Below are positions 37,548-46,087 of a stretch of 64,000 nucleotides of DNA, in pieces. The notes beneath the pieces are model-generated. The model had not been told where the DNA came from and made no database searches. It saw only the letters and a list, made by a program, of their open reading frames with translations. The stretch's first letter is position 1. Each line of letters begins with the position of its first letter. Position numbers and translations under genes: made by a program. Source of the DNA: Candidatus Zixiibacteriota bacterium (GTDB lineage Bacteria > Zixibacteria > MSB-5A5 > GN15 > FEB-12); assembly GCA_022571845.1 (NCBI GenBank), contig JACZXB010000002.1:173925-237924 (forward strand), written 5' to 3'.

Positions 37548-37989
37548 GTATCGTTTTGAGCCTCTTCTGAAAGTCAAATCTGAAAGAGAAAAGCAAAAAC
37601 AAAAAGAATTTGCCCTGATGAAACAAAAAGTAAATTGTCAAACTCAGAAAATTCAGCAGGTAGACAAAGATTTTAATATTTCTCTAAACAAACAAAGGCA
37701 AGAGCAGGTAAATAAAATATCCGTTGCAGAAATGCTTGTTTACGGACGCTATTATGTTAAGCTGAAAAAAGAGAACATAACTAACATCGAAATGTTAAGA
37801 GCTCTCAAAGTAGGGCTTGAAAAAAAGCGTAAATCTCTGGTTGAGTCTACAACAGAAAAGAAAAAATATGAAAAGCTTAAAGAAAATTTATTAATCAGAT
37901 ATAAAAGTGACTCTGCCAAAGCAGAAACGAAAGATAACGACGAGATAGCTTCTAATAATTATAGCTTCAAAAACAGCAGCCTAAAATAA
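37534..37989 (+). CDS. fliJ: flagellar export chaperone FliJ
   Basis: MKKFKYRFEPLL, coiled coil, YEKLKE...DE; follows fliI. Confidence 0.85.
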   Translation: MKKFKYRFEPLLKVKSEREKQKQKEFALMKQKVNCQTQKIQQVDKDFNISLNKQRQEQVNKISVAEMLVYGRYYVKLKKENITNIEMLRALKVGLEKKRKSLVESTTEKKKYEKLKENLLIRYKSDSAKAETKDNDEIASNNYSFKNSSLK

Positions 37990-37997
37990 GCAGACCT

Positions 37998-38771
37998 CTA
38001 ATACGGGCAATCCGGCGGCGGCTGACCCCCGCGGAAAATGAAATCAACCAGATAAACAAGATCGACGACATTGACATTGCCGTCCGGGTCCTGATCGAAA
38101 TCGCCCTCTTCGGGACAAAACAATTCCGGTCCGCCGCGAAAGATTCTGTCAACCAAATAGGTTAAGTCAAGAATATTGGCGTCAACTCCATCATAGTTGA
38201 CGTCGCCTACCTGGTCAATACAGCAAAGTTCCCTGTTAATATACAGGTAACCAAATTCAAATTGGGGTGCAAACTGGTTTGCCAAAGAATCTGAAAAAGA
38301 AGTACTCCAATGTATCAGTAGATTCTGAACGTTTACAGAATCAATTTTTACCAGGATCGAATCCAGGGAGTCGGGATAGGAGAAGTGTAAATGTCCCAAT
38401 AGTCCGCTTCCTGAAGGTATCAAGGGTTCACTCAGAGGAAAACCCCATATAGATATGGCAGAGTCCAAATAGTGTCGGGTCATACCTTTGGTAGGAATAT
38501 AGTCAACCCGGCTTCCGACGAACGAAAAAGAATCCAGAAATATCAAGGCGGGGTCATAGTCATATTTTAAGGTGATCTCGAAACCTGCCAGAGGTTGATC
38601 ATTTACAAAGCTGATAGCAACTGCCCACTCCGACAGGGGAGACTGAGTAGAATCAATATAGACAGTATCAGGTAAATTGGGGTCCTGGGCAAAGGCAGAG
38701 CTTTTTGCCGAAAATGCCGCCAAAAGCAGCAATGCAATTATAATCGACAGTATTTTTATTCTAAAACGCAT
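37998..38771 (-). CDS. secreted cohesin-like + dockerin domain protein
   Basis: Signal peptide; DTV.ID...ND..LAG..I.L.Y...SFVGSR...GSGLL..L.F cohesin-like domain; CC..GDVNYDG..DLTYLVD.IFRGG duplicated dockerin repeat. Confidence 0.78.
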   Translation of the reverse strand: MRFRIKILSIIIALLLLAAFSAKSSAFAQDPNLPDTVYIDSTQSPLSEWAVAISFVNDQPLAGFEITLKYDYDPALIFLDSFSFVGSRVDYIPTKGMTRHYLDSAISIWGFPLSEPLIPSGSGLLGHLHFSYPDSLDSILVKIDSVNVQNLLIHWSTSFSDSLANQFAPQFEFGYLYINRELCCIDQVGDVNYDGVDANILDLTYLVDRIFRGGPELFCPEEGDFDQDPDGNVNVVDLVYLVDFIFRGGQPPPDCPY

Positions 38772-39056
38772 AGATAGACATTGCCTTTCATTCAAGATTT
38801 CAGCAAAACTTGTGCTCGTTACAATCTCAAAATTAACAAGTCTGGGTCGAAATTTAATTGCCTTTCAAAACGGTGTAAGTAGTTGTAATCACGGCAGATT
38901 GCTTTCCGCTGAAAATATAATAGTTATCCACAAAAACCGCAATAGAAATCTGCAGATTCCTGGGTATGCAACCGTTTGAACATTATAGGGAAGAGCTGGC
39001 AATATTGACCAAAAATTGAGGATTTCCAGCAGCTTTTTAGAGAATTTTGGAAACCC

Positions 39057-39091
39057 GAAAATTATTCCTGCCGGCTCAAGAAAATTATTCC
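39057..39091 (+). promoter_or_regulatory. candidate sigma54-activator enhancer (direct repeat)
   Basis: GAAAATTATTCC at 39057-68 and 39080-91, ~100-120 bp upstream of a sigma54 promoter. Confidence 0.55.
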
Positions 39092-39179
39092 AAAAGCTCC
39101 ATCAAAAATCAACAACCCGGCCCCTTTCAAGTCGTGCAATCCCGTGAAAGACAGTCACTTGATACCTCTGCTATAGATT

Positions 39180-39195
39180 TGGCACAGCTGCTGCT
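39180..39195 (+). promoter_or_regulatory. sigma54 promoter of the flgF operon
   Basis: TGGCAC-AGCTG-CTGCT. Confidence 0.75.
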
Positions 39196-39216
39196 TAACA
39201 GTTGGCGGAGGAGAAT

Positions 39217-39945
39217 GTGATTAAAGGAATTTATATATCAGCCTCGGGAATGCTCCCGCAGGTCAAAAAGCAGGAAATAACCGCCAATAACGTGGCTAAC
39301 GCAGCAACTACCGGTTTTAAGAAAGATCGCCTCTTCACCAAAGAGCTTACTGAAGCTGAGAAGAAAGGCTTTAAGACTAATGCTGACTGGATCAATCCAA
39401 TGGTTTCAAAAGTCTTTGTAGACCATTCACCGGGTATTTTTGAAAGAACCGGTAATCCTCTCAATCTGGCTATCAACGGTGACGGTTTTTTTACTATTCA
39501 GCTTTCTGGCGAGCAAACTGCCTTGACCAGGGCTGGTGCCTTTGAAGTTAATGCCGACGGTGTAATTGGCTTTCCCGGAGGAGCGGTCTTGCTGGGAGAC
39601 GGCGGACCAATTCAAGTAGGCATAGGCAAAGTTACCATAACGGCCACCGGCGAAGTTTCAGTCAATGACTTTCCGGTAGCTAAAATTACCCCGGTAACAG
39701 TAGATGACTTAATCCAGCTTAAGAAACTTGGTAATTCTTTATTTTTGTTATCCGAAAACACGCAAGTAAAACCCGTAAGAACTTCAACGATAATGCAGGG
39801 CTATCTGGAAGCCTCGAATGTTGATGTCGTCCATGAAATGGTAGAGATGATAATTTCATATAGAAATTACGAGGCCAATGCCAATTCACTCCGCAGCCAG
39901 GACGAAACTCTCGATAAGCTATTTAGTCGAGTTGGTTCGCGGTAA
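39217..39945 (+). CDS. flgF: flagellar rod protein FlgF
   Basis: ANNVANAATTGFK, TGNPL, LEASNV; GTG start behind GGAGGA. Confidence 0.88.
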   Translation: MIKGIYISASGMLPQVKKQEITANNVANAATTGFKKDRLFTKELTEAEKKGFKTNADWINPMVSKVFVDHSPGIFERTGNPLNLAINGDGFFTIQLSGEQTALTRAGAFEVNADGVIGFPGGAVLLGDGGPIQVGIGKVTITATGEVSVNDFPVAKITPVTVDDLIQLKKLGNSLFLLSENTQVKPVRTSTIMQGYLEASNVDVVHEMVEMIISYRNYEANANSLRSQDETLDKLFSRVGSR

Positions 39946-39969
39946 TAATTGGATTTTTAGGAGGAACTG

Positions 39970-40758
39970 ATGATTAAAGCAATGAGAACAGCGGCATCTG
40001 GAATGTCAGCACAGCAGATGAACGTAGATACTATTGCTAATAACTTAGCAAACGTAAACACAACCGGCTTTAAGCGTACAAAAGTGGAATTTCAGGATGT
40101 GCTTTATCAAAATATCAAGACTGCCGGTTCGGCTACGGCCGTAGGAACAGAGCGCCCGGTTGGTCTTTCAGTCGGTTACGGTACCAGAGCCTCGGCCACA
40201 CACCGGCATTTTACAAACGGTGACCTGACACTTACCAATAACCCGCTTGATATGGCCATATCCGGTGACGGTTTTTTTCAAATTCAGTATCCCGATGGAA
40301 CTACCGTTTATACACGTGATGGCGCTTTCAAAATTTCAGGCGAGGGACGCCTGGTAAACTCCGACGGCTTTTTCTTACTGCCGGAAATTACTATCCCCAC
40401 TGACGCCATGTCTATTTCCGTAGGCTCAGACGGAATTATCGAAATAGCACAGTTTGGTCAGGACGAACCTGTTCAGATTGGACAGCTGGAATTGGCGCGA
40501 TTCGTAAACCCTTCCGGTTTGAATGCTCTGGGAAGTAATTTATATCAGAGGACCACTGCCTCAGGTGATGCGCTGATTGACGTTCCCACCCAGGGTGGGC
40601 TGGGGCAGATAGACCAGGGTTATCTGGAGGGCTCCAATGTCAAAGTCGTTGATGAAATGGTCAATATGATAATCGCCCAGCGTGCTTATGAAATGAATGC
40701 CAAAGCTATCCAGACAGCAGATGATATGTATTCAATCGCTAACAGCCTCAAGAGATAA
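39970..40758 (+). CDS. flgG: flagellar distal rod protein FlgG
   Basis: ANNLANVNTTGFK, FQDVLYQ, YTRDG, LEGSNV, AQRAYE. Confidence 0.96.
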   Translation: MIKAMRTAASGMSAQQMNVDTIANNLANVNTTGFKRTKVEFQDVLYQNIKTAGSATAVGTERPVGLSVGYGTRASATHRHFTNGDLTLTNNPLDMAISGDGFFQIQYPDGTTVYTRDGAFKISGEGRLVNSDGFFLLPEITIPTDAMSISVGSDGIIEIAQFGQDEPVQIGQLELARFVNPSGLNALGSNLYQRTTASGDALIDVPTQGGLGQIDQGYLEGSNVKVVDEMVNMIIAQRAYEMNAKAIQTADDMYSIANSLKR

Positions 40759-40760
40759 AT

Positions 40761-41453
40761 ATGAAACAGTTTTTTAAAATGCTTCTGCTCATTGGTCTGT
40801 TATTGCTTTCGTTTGGGTCGGCAGTACTTGCTGAATCAACTCGTGATATTATTGTCAATAAGGTTTATGAATCTTTCAAGCTCGACAAAAGCACGTATAC
40901 AATCGAAATTTTAACAGACGAAATCAAATCAAAGAATATTTCTTACTCACAAATTTCAATCAAACCTCTCTACCAGACCACACCGATCGGACGATTTGCA
41001 ATAATACTGAAAGTAATTCGACCTGAGGCTAAAGTTGAAAAAGAAACGATCAGGCTATATATCCGTAAATTCGCAGATGTGGTGGTAGTGGGAGAGAGAA
41101 TCAAGAGATTTGATAACCTCAGTCTGGCTTTAGTCTCAATTGAACGCAAAGATATCACAACCCTTCGCCAGGACCCGCTGGTCTCGCTTAAATCAGTTAC
41201 GAATATGCGCGCCCGTCGCAATATCGCCAAAAATCAGATACTGACAAAAGCTGATATAGAACCTAAGCCGGTGGTAAAATCATATAGCGATGTCCACATC
41301 ATATATGTCAGCGGTCTCTGCCGGATAACCGCCGAAGGTAAAGCTCTTCAGGATGGACAAACGGGAGATTTAATCAGAGTAAAAAATAAATCTTCTGGCA
41401 AGATTGTATTTGCCAGAGTAGTTGACAAAAATTTGGTACAAGTTGACCCGTAA
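40761..41453 (+). CDS. flgA: P-ring chaperone FlgA
   Basis: Signal peptide; GKALQDG..GD.IRVKN..S.K. Confidence 0.88.
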   Translation: MKQFFKMLLLIGLLLLSFGSAVLAESTRDIIVNKVYESFKLDKSTYTIEILTDEIKSKNISYSQISIKPLYQTTPIGRFAIILKVIRPEAKVEKETIRLYIRKFADVVVVGERIKRFDNLSLALVSIERKDITTLRQDPLVSLKSVTNMRARRNIAKNQILTKADIEPKPVVKSYSDVHIIYVSGLCRITAEGKALQDGQTGDLIRVKNKSSGKIVFARVVDKNLVQVDP

Positions 41454-41474
41454 AAATAGGACACAGGTGTCAAA

Positions 41475-42062
41475 ATGAAAATGAGAAGAATTTTAATCTA
41501 TCTGGGTTTGATGTTGCTTTTGCCTTTTGCTCTCAAAGTAAAAGGAGGCGATTTTGGCCAGAGTCAGTCGTTGTTTACCGACATCAAAGCCAACCGGGTT
41601 GGTGATATTCTTACGGTTATAATAAGCGAGCAGAGCCGGGGCAGTAACCAGATTCAAACGAAGACAACCAAGAGTTCAAAGCAAGATGTTCGAGGTGGTC
41701 CGGGATTGGGAACGTTGAATTTTCTGCCGCTTTTTGGCGTCGAGGGCGAATCAAAGAGTACCCATGACGGCAAAGGACAAAATATTCGCAACAGAAGTCT
41801 TAGTGCGAAAATGTCTGTGACGGTAGTTGCCATAAGAGATAACGGCGACCTGGTAATAGAAGGGACCCGTATTGTTGTCATTTCGGGCGACAAGGAAACG
41901 TTAAGTTTATCCGGAGTAGTGCGTCAGCGCGATGTCTCGCCCGGCAACACTATTGATTCGTATCTGATAGCAGATGCGGAAATAAGTTACACCGGCAAGG
42001 GAGCAGCCAGCGCAGGCGCCAGACCCGGGTTTATTACAAGATTTTTCAACTGGCTTTTTTAG
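41475..42062 (+). CDS. flgH: L-ring protein FlgH
   Basis: SLFTDIKA..VGDILTV, NGDLVIEG, GVVR..D, IADA.I.Y.G.G. Confidence 0.92.
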   Translation: MKMRRILIYLGLMLLLPFALKVKGGDFGQSQSLFTDIKANRVGDILTVIISEQSRGSNQIQTKTTKSSKQDVRGGPGLGTLNFLPLFGVEGESKSTHDGKGQNIRNRSLSAKMSVTVVAIRDNGDLVIEGTRIVVISGDKETLSLSGVVRQRDVSPGNTIDSYLIADAEISYTGKGAASAGARPGFITRFFNWLF

Positions 42063-42071
42063 GAGGAAGTA

Positions 42072-43208
42072 ATGCTGAATTTAAGTTATAGCAATTTCCT
42101 GATACCGATTGGTATGTCGTTCATAATTTCACTTATGAGCGCTTTATATAGTCCAGCCGAAGCAGTCTCAGTCAGAGTCAAAGACATCTGTACTTTTCAG
42201 AACGAACAGGAAGAAGACCTGATAGGCTATGGTCTGGTAATAGGACTTGATGGTAGCGGCGATGGCAACAATACCCGTTTCACCGTACAGTCACTGGCAA
42301 ATATGATGGAGAGGCTCGGTATAACTATTGATCCGAAACGTGTCAAAGTTAAAAATGTTGCTGCTGTCATGGTAACTGCCAAACTAAGCAGCAATCAGCC
42401 GGAAGGTTCTCATATAGACGTAACAGTTTCATCGCTGGGCGATGCCTCCTCCCTTCAGGGAGGTACTCTTCTGCTTACTCCACTGGCAAATTTTAAAGGT
42501 ACAGTCAGAGCTACTGCTCAGGGGCCGGTTTCAATCGGCGGTTTTAACGTACAGGTCGATGAGGGAAACAGGATTTTTAACAACTATACGCTGGTGGGAA
42601 GAATTCCCAACGGGGCAAGAATTACCAGAGCCGTAGAAAAGGGGCGCAGCGCAAACAAAGAAATAATTTTGTCGCTTCATAACCCGGACAACACCACCGC
42701 TCACCGCATTGCTCAAAAGATTAATATTAAATACGGTCTGACAGCAGTCGCTACCGACGGCGGAACTGTCAAAGTTTATGTGCCGGATTCTCTGGCGTAT
42801 CAGCAGACCAGAATGAAATTCATTTCTGACATCGGTCAACTGAGAATTGTTCCTGACCATGTAGCCAGGGTTGTCATAAATGAAAAAACCGGTACTATCG
42901 TGGCCGGACAGCACGTTACTATCGAACCTGTTATAATCGCCCATGGTACTATAACAGTTGATATTCAGTCAACGCCAATTATCTCACAGCCGGCGCCGTA
43001 TAGTCTGGGACAGACGGTACAAACCAGTGAGTCAAATATCTCTATTCAGGACGAACCGATTCGGGTAGTACATCTTGAGCGATCGGTGAGCCTGGCTGAT
43101 ATAGCCAAAGCCTTAAACAGAATCGGCGCCACACCGCGCGATGTCATAGCGATTTTCCAGGCGCTCAAGCAAGCCGGTGCACTCAGAGCGGAACTGGTTA
43201 TTCTCTAA
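42072..43208 (+). CDS. flgI: P-ring protein FlgI
   Basis: GYGLVIGLDGSGD, NVAAVMVTA, SLQGG.LL, VINEKTGTIV, GALRAEL. Confidence 0.96.
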   Translation: MLNLSYSNFLIPIGMSFIISLMSALYSPAEAVSVRVKDICTFQNEQEEDLIGYGLVIGLDGSGDGNNTRFTVQSLANMMERLGITIDPKRVKVKNVAAVMVTAKLSSNQPEGSHIDVTVSSLGDASSLQGGTLLLTPLANFKGTVRATAQGPVSIGGFNVQVDEGNRIFNNYTLVGRIPNGARITRAVEKGRSANKEIILSLHNPDNTTAHRIAQKINIKYGLTAVATDGGTVKVYVPDSLAYQQTRMKFISDIGQLRIVPDHVARVVINEKTGTIVAGQHVTIEPVIIAHGTITVDIQSTPIISQPAPYSLGQTVQTSESNISIQDEPIRVVHLERSVSLADIAKALNRIGATPRDVIAIFQALKQAGALRAELVIL

Positions 43209-43762
43209 TGAATGAAATGGCCATAAATAGTCTCACTGCAAATATTCAAGCCAAAACTATAGGCGGTAATGAAGGCAGTAAACCGGCGACTGTCGAGGGA
43301 GAAAAAACGCGACTAAGAAAAGCTGCCAAAGATTTTGAAGCATTCTTTATGTATCAGATGCTTAAGACCATGAGAGAAACTGTTCCGGAAAACCCGCTGG
43401 TCAAAGATTCGCCGTTTTCGAATGGTCATGGCAAAGATATCTTTACACAGATTTTTGATATGGAAATCTCAAAAAAGATGGTTGGCAACGGTAAAGAGTC
43501 GATATCAGAAGTTCTTTACAGGTCCCTCGAAAAAGTTATAGAAGCCCAATTCAAAGGCAATAATAGAGAAGAACAGATTGAACTCAAACCGCTGAAGACT
43601 GAAGATACCAGTTTTAAACCGCTCTTACAGGAAAAACTGGAGTTAAAAGAGAACCAGCTGTTTCAGATTAAGAGAAAAGATGCCGGAAATTTGTTCCCTG
43701 TGGTGAGCAAATTTCAGACAGAGAATGCTCAAAATTTGAGCAAAAACCCTAAGGCACGGTAA
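43208..43762 (+). CDS. flgJ: FlgJ-like rod-binding protein without a muramidase domain
   Basis: LRKAAKDFEAFFMYQMLKTMRETV...FD.E. Confidence 0.8.
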   Translation: MNEMAINSLTANIQAKTIGGNEGSKPATVEGEKTRLRKAAKDFEAFFMYQMLKTMRETVPENPLVKDSPFSNGHGKDIFTQIFDMEISKKMVGNGKESISEVLYRSLEKVIEAQFKGNNREEQIELKPLKTEDTSFKPLLQEKLELKENQLFQIKRKDAGNLFPVVSKFQTENAQNLSKNPKAR

Positions 43763-43776
43763 GTTAGTACCGATAA
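43750..43776 (+). promoter_or_regulatory. sigma28-like promoter of flgN-flgK
   Basis: TAAG(43750-53)-15bp-ACCGATAA(43769-76). Confidence 0.6.
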
Positions 43777-43785
43777 GGAAAACAC

Positions 43786-44295
43786 GTGACAACCATGAGT
43801 TTGTCAGAGATGGTCGAAAAGCTAATCGAAACGCTTAGTTCTGAGGCTGTCGTATTTGAAGAATTTCTAAAACTGCTTTCACAGCAACAGGAGATGCTGG
43901 TGAATAATGACATTGACGGTCTTAATAGAGTAACCGGGCTTCAGCGCGAGAAAGTTGCACAGAGTCAGCTTCTAAATCAGCGCCGGGATAAACTGGTTGC
44001 TGAGATTAAATCTGCTAATACAATCGAAGGTGACTTAAATGTCTCAATGCTGCTTGAGCATGTCGACGAGCATCAGGGTGGACGTCTTATTCAGTTGAGA
44101 GAAGTCATCCAGAGCTTTACTCAAAAGATTGGCGAAGTTCGAAATCAAAACGCTATGCTTTTGAACAGGTCGAAAGAATACATTTTGCGGACAATGGAAC
44201 TGCTTTCTAAAATTAACAATCCGGATTCAGGATATGCTGCCAACGGAGAGACTGTAGAAAACAGCTCCTTTGTGGCAGTTAACAGGAGAGCTTAG
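43786..44295 (+). CDS. flgN: flagellar chaperone FlgN
   Basis: Helical protein, N..N..LL, precedes flgK. Confidence 0.8.
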   Translation: MTTMSLSEMVEKLIETLSSEAVVFEEFLKLLSQQQEMLVNNDIDGLNRVTGLQREKVAQSQLLNQRRDKLVAEIKSANTIEGDLNVSMLLEHVDEHQGGRLIQLREVIQSFTQKIGEVRNQNAMLLNRSKEYILRTMELLSKINNPDSGYAANGETVENSSFVAVNRRA

Positions 44296-45689
44296 TGGCC
44301 GGCTTAATGCAATCTATAGAAATCGGGCGCCGTGCTCTTTTGACTCATCAGGCAGCTCTGCAGACAATTGGCCATAATATCGCCAATGTCAATACTCCCG
44401 GCTATACCCGCCAGAGAGTCAACATCACCTCAACTTTCCCGGAAGACAGCCGCTTTGGGAGAATAGGTTCCGGCGTAACGGTTGCTGATATTCGCCATAT
44501 CAGAGATCTGTTTTTGGGTGAGCAATATCGTCAGGAAAGCAAAAATCTCGGACAATGGACATACAAAGAAAAAATCATGATTCAGATTGAATCAGTATTT
44601 TCTGAACCGGGCGAAAACGGCCTGTCAGATTTACTTAACCGTTTTTGGGACGCCTGGGGCGAACTGTCAACCAATCCTAATTCTGTCAGTAATCGCGTAG
44701 CCATCTTAGAAGAAGCCAAGCTTATGACCAACGCTTTTCAGCAGCTGGCCAACCAGTTGAACGAACTGAGTGAGTCTATCGACAAAGAGATTGTGAACAC
44801 AACCGATGAAATAAACACTCTGACTTTTTCTATTGCCCGCTTAAACGATAAAATAAAAGTCCAGGAAGCCGGCGGAGACAATGCCAATGATTTGCGCGAC
44901 CGCAGAGACCTGCTGATAGACAGACTGGCTACAATCATTGATGTCAACACCATCGCCAGAGAAGATGGTACTACCACAGTTTATATAGGCGCTATGACGA
45001 TTGTTGACGGTGCCGACAGCCTGAAAATCCAATCCAAACAGCTCAACGTAGATGGTACGTTAAAGCACGAACTTTTTTGGGAAAATACCAGCCTTCAGGT
45101 AAAAAATCTAAATGGTCGGCTTGCTTCTATGTACGAAACTCGTGATAGAATCATCCCCAAGTACAGGCAACGGCTCGACCAACTTGCCGGCTCGATGATA
45201 GATCAGGTCAACCAACTTCATTCAGCAGCATACGGCCTGAATGGCTCTACCGGGTTCAACTTTTTCAATTCTGTTTTTACAGATGCCGCAAATATTTCAG
45301 TAAACAACGAATTGATTATTGACCCCACCAAAGTAGCGGCTTCAGCTTCCGGCGAGCAGGGGGACAATGTAGTTGCCCTGGATATTCAGGATCTAAGAAA
45401 TGTTAAGGTTCTTGACAATAATACCAGATCATTAAACGATTTCTATAATGGCATAGTAGGTGAATTGGGTATCGAAACGAATACAGCTATTTCATTTACC
45501 AATAATTTTGAACTTCTGGTTCATCAGATAGAAAATGCCAAAGAATCTGTGCAGGGTGTGTCTCTGGATGAGGAGATGATAAATTTGATCAGGTATCAGC
45601 ATGCCTACGATGCCGCCGCCAGGGTGATAACAGCCATGGACCAGGCTCTGGATACGGTTATTAACAAGATGGGCATGGTTGGCAGATAA
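44295..45689 (+). CDS. flgK: hook-associated protein FlgK
   Basis: GHNIANVNTPGYTRQ, NDLRDRRD, GVSLDEE, YQHAY.AAAR. Confidence 0.95.
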   Translation: MAGLMQSIEIGRRALLTHQAALQTIGHNIANVNTPGYTRQRVNITSTFPEDSRFGRIGSGVTVADIRHIRDLFLGEQYRQESKNLGQWTYKEKIMIQIESVFSEPGENGLSDLLNRFWDAWGELSTNPNSVSNRVAILEEAKLMTNAFQQLANQLNELSESIDKEIVNTTDEINTLTFSIARLNDKIKVQEAGGDNANDLRDRRDLLIDRLATIIDVNTIAREDGTTTVYIGAMTIVDGADSLKIQSKQLNVDGTLKHELFWENTSLQVKNLNGRLASMYETRDRIIPKYRQRLDQLAGSMIDQVNQLHSAAYGLNGSTGFNFFNSVFTDAANISVNNELIIDPTKVAASASGEQGDNVVALDIQDLRNVKVLDNNTRSLNDFYNGIVGELGIETNTAISFTNNFELLVHQIENAKESVQGVSLDEEMINLIRYQHAYDAAARVITAMDQALDTVINKMGMVGR

Positions 45690-45733
45690 GAAAATTATGA
45701 TGTTACAGGGAACGTAAGTTTTAGGGGAACAAT

Positions 45734-46069
45734 TTGCTGATACTAACAAGGAAGTTAGGCGAGTCGATAGCGATCGGCGACAACATAAAAATATGCGTAC
45801 TTGGAATCCACGGACGACAGGTACGTATCGGCATAGATGCTCCGCCGGATGTTATAGTACATCGCGAAGAGATTTACCTGAAAGTTCAGGAAGAGAATCG
45901 TAAGGCATCGAAGTCGATAAAGGATGATTTGATGAGTGTAGTCAAGTTGTTGAAAGGGAAATTTAAGGGAAAAGCATCTTTAGATAAAAAACCGTTTATT
46001 AGTTACAAAGAGAACAGGCCCAAAAAGAAACGAAACAATTTTAATCCTAAACCGAGAAATAACAGGTAG
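45734..46069 (+). CDS. csrA: carbon storage regulator CsrA with long basic tail
   Basis: [29 protein letters not shown]. Confidence 0.93.
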   Translation: MLILTRKLGESIAIGDNIKICVLGIHGRQVRIGIDAPPDVIVHREEIYLKVQEENRKASKSIKDDLMSVVKLLKGKFKGKASLDKKPFISYKENRPKKKRNNFNPKPRNNR

Positions 46070-46087
46070 CCCGAAGACAAATCAAAA

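Noticed and set aside
32932-37989. Non-flagellar type III injectisome
   Set aside because: Context (motAB, rod, P/L rings, flagellin) is flagellar; no secretin or needle genes.
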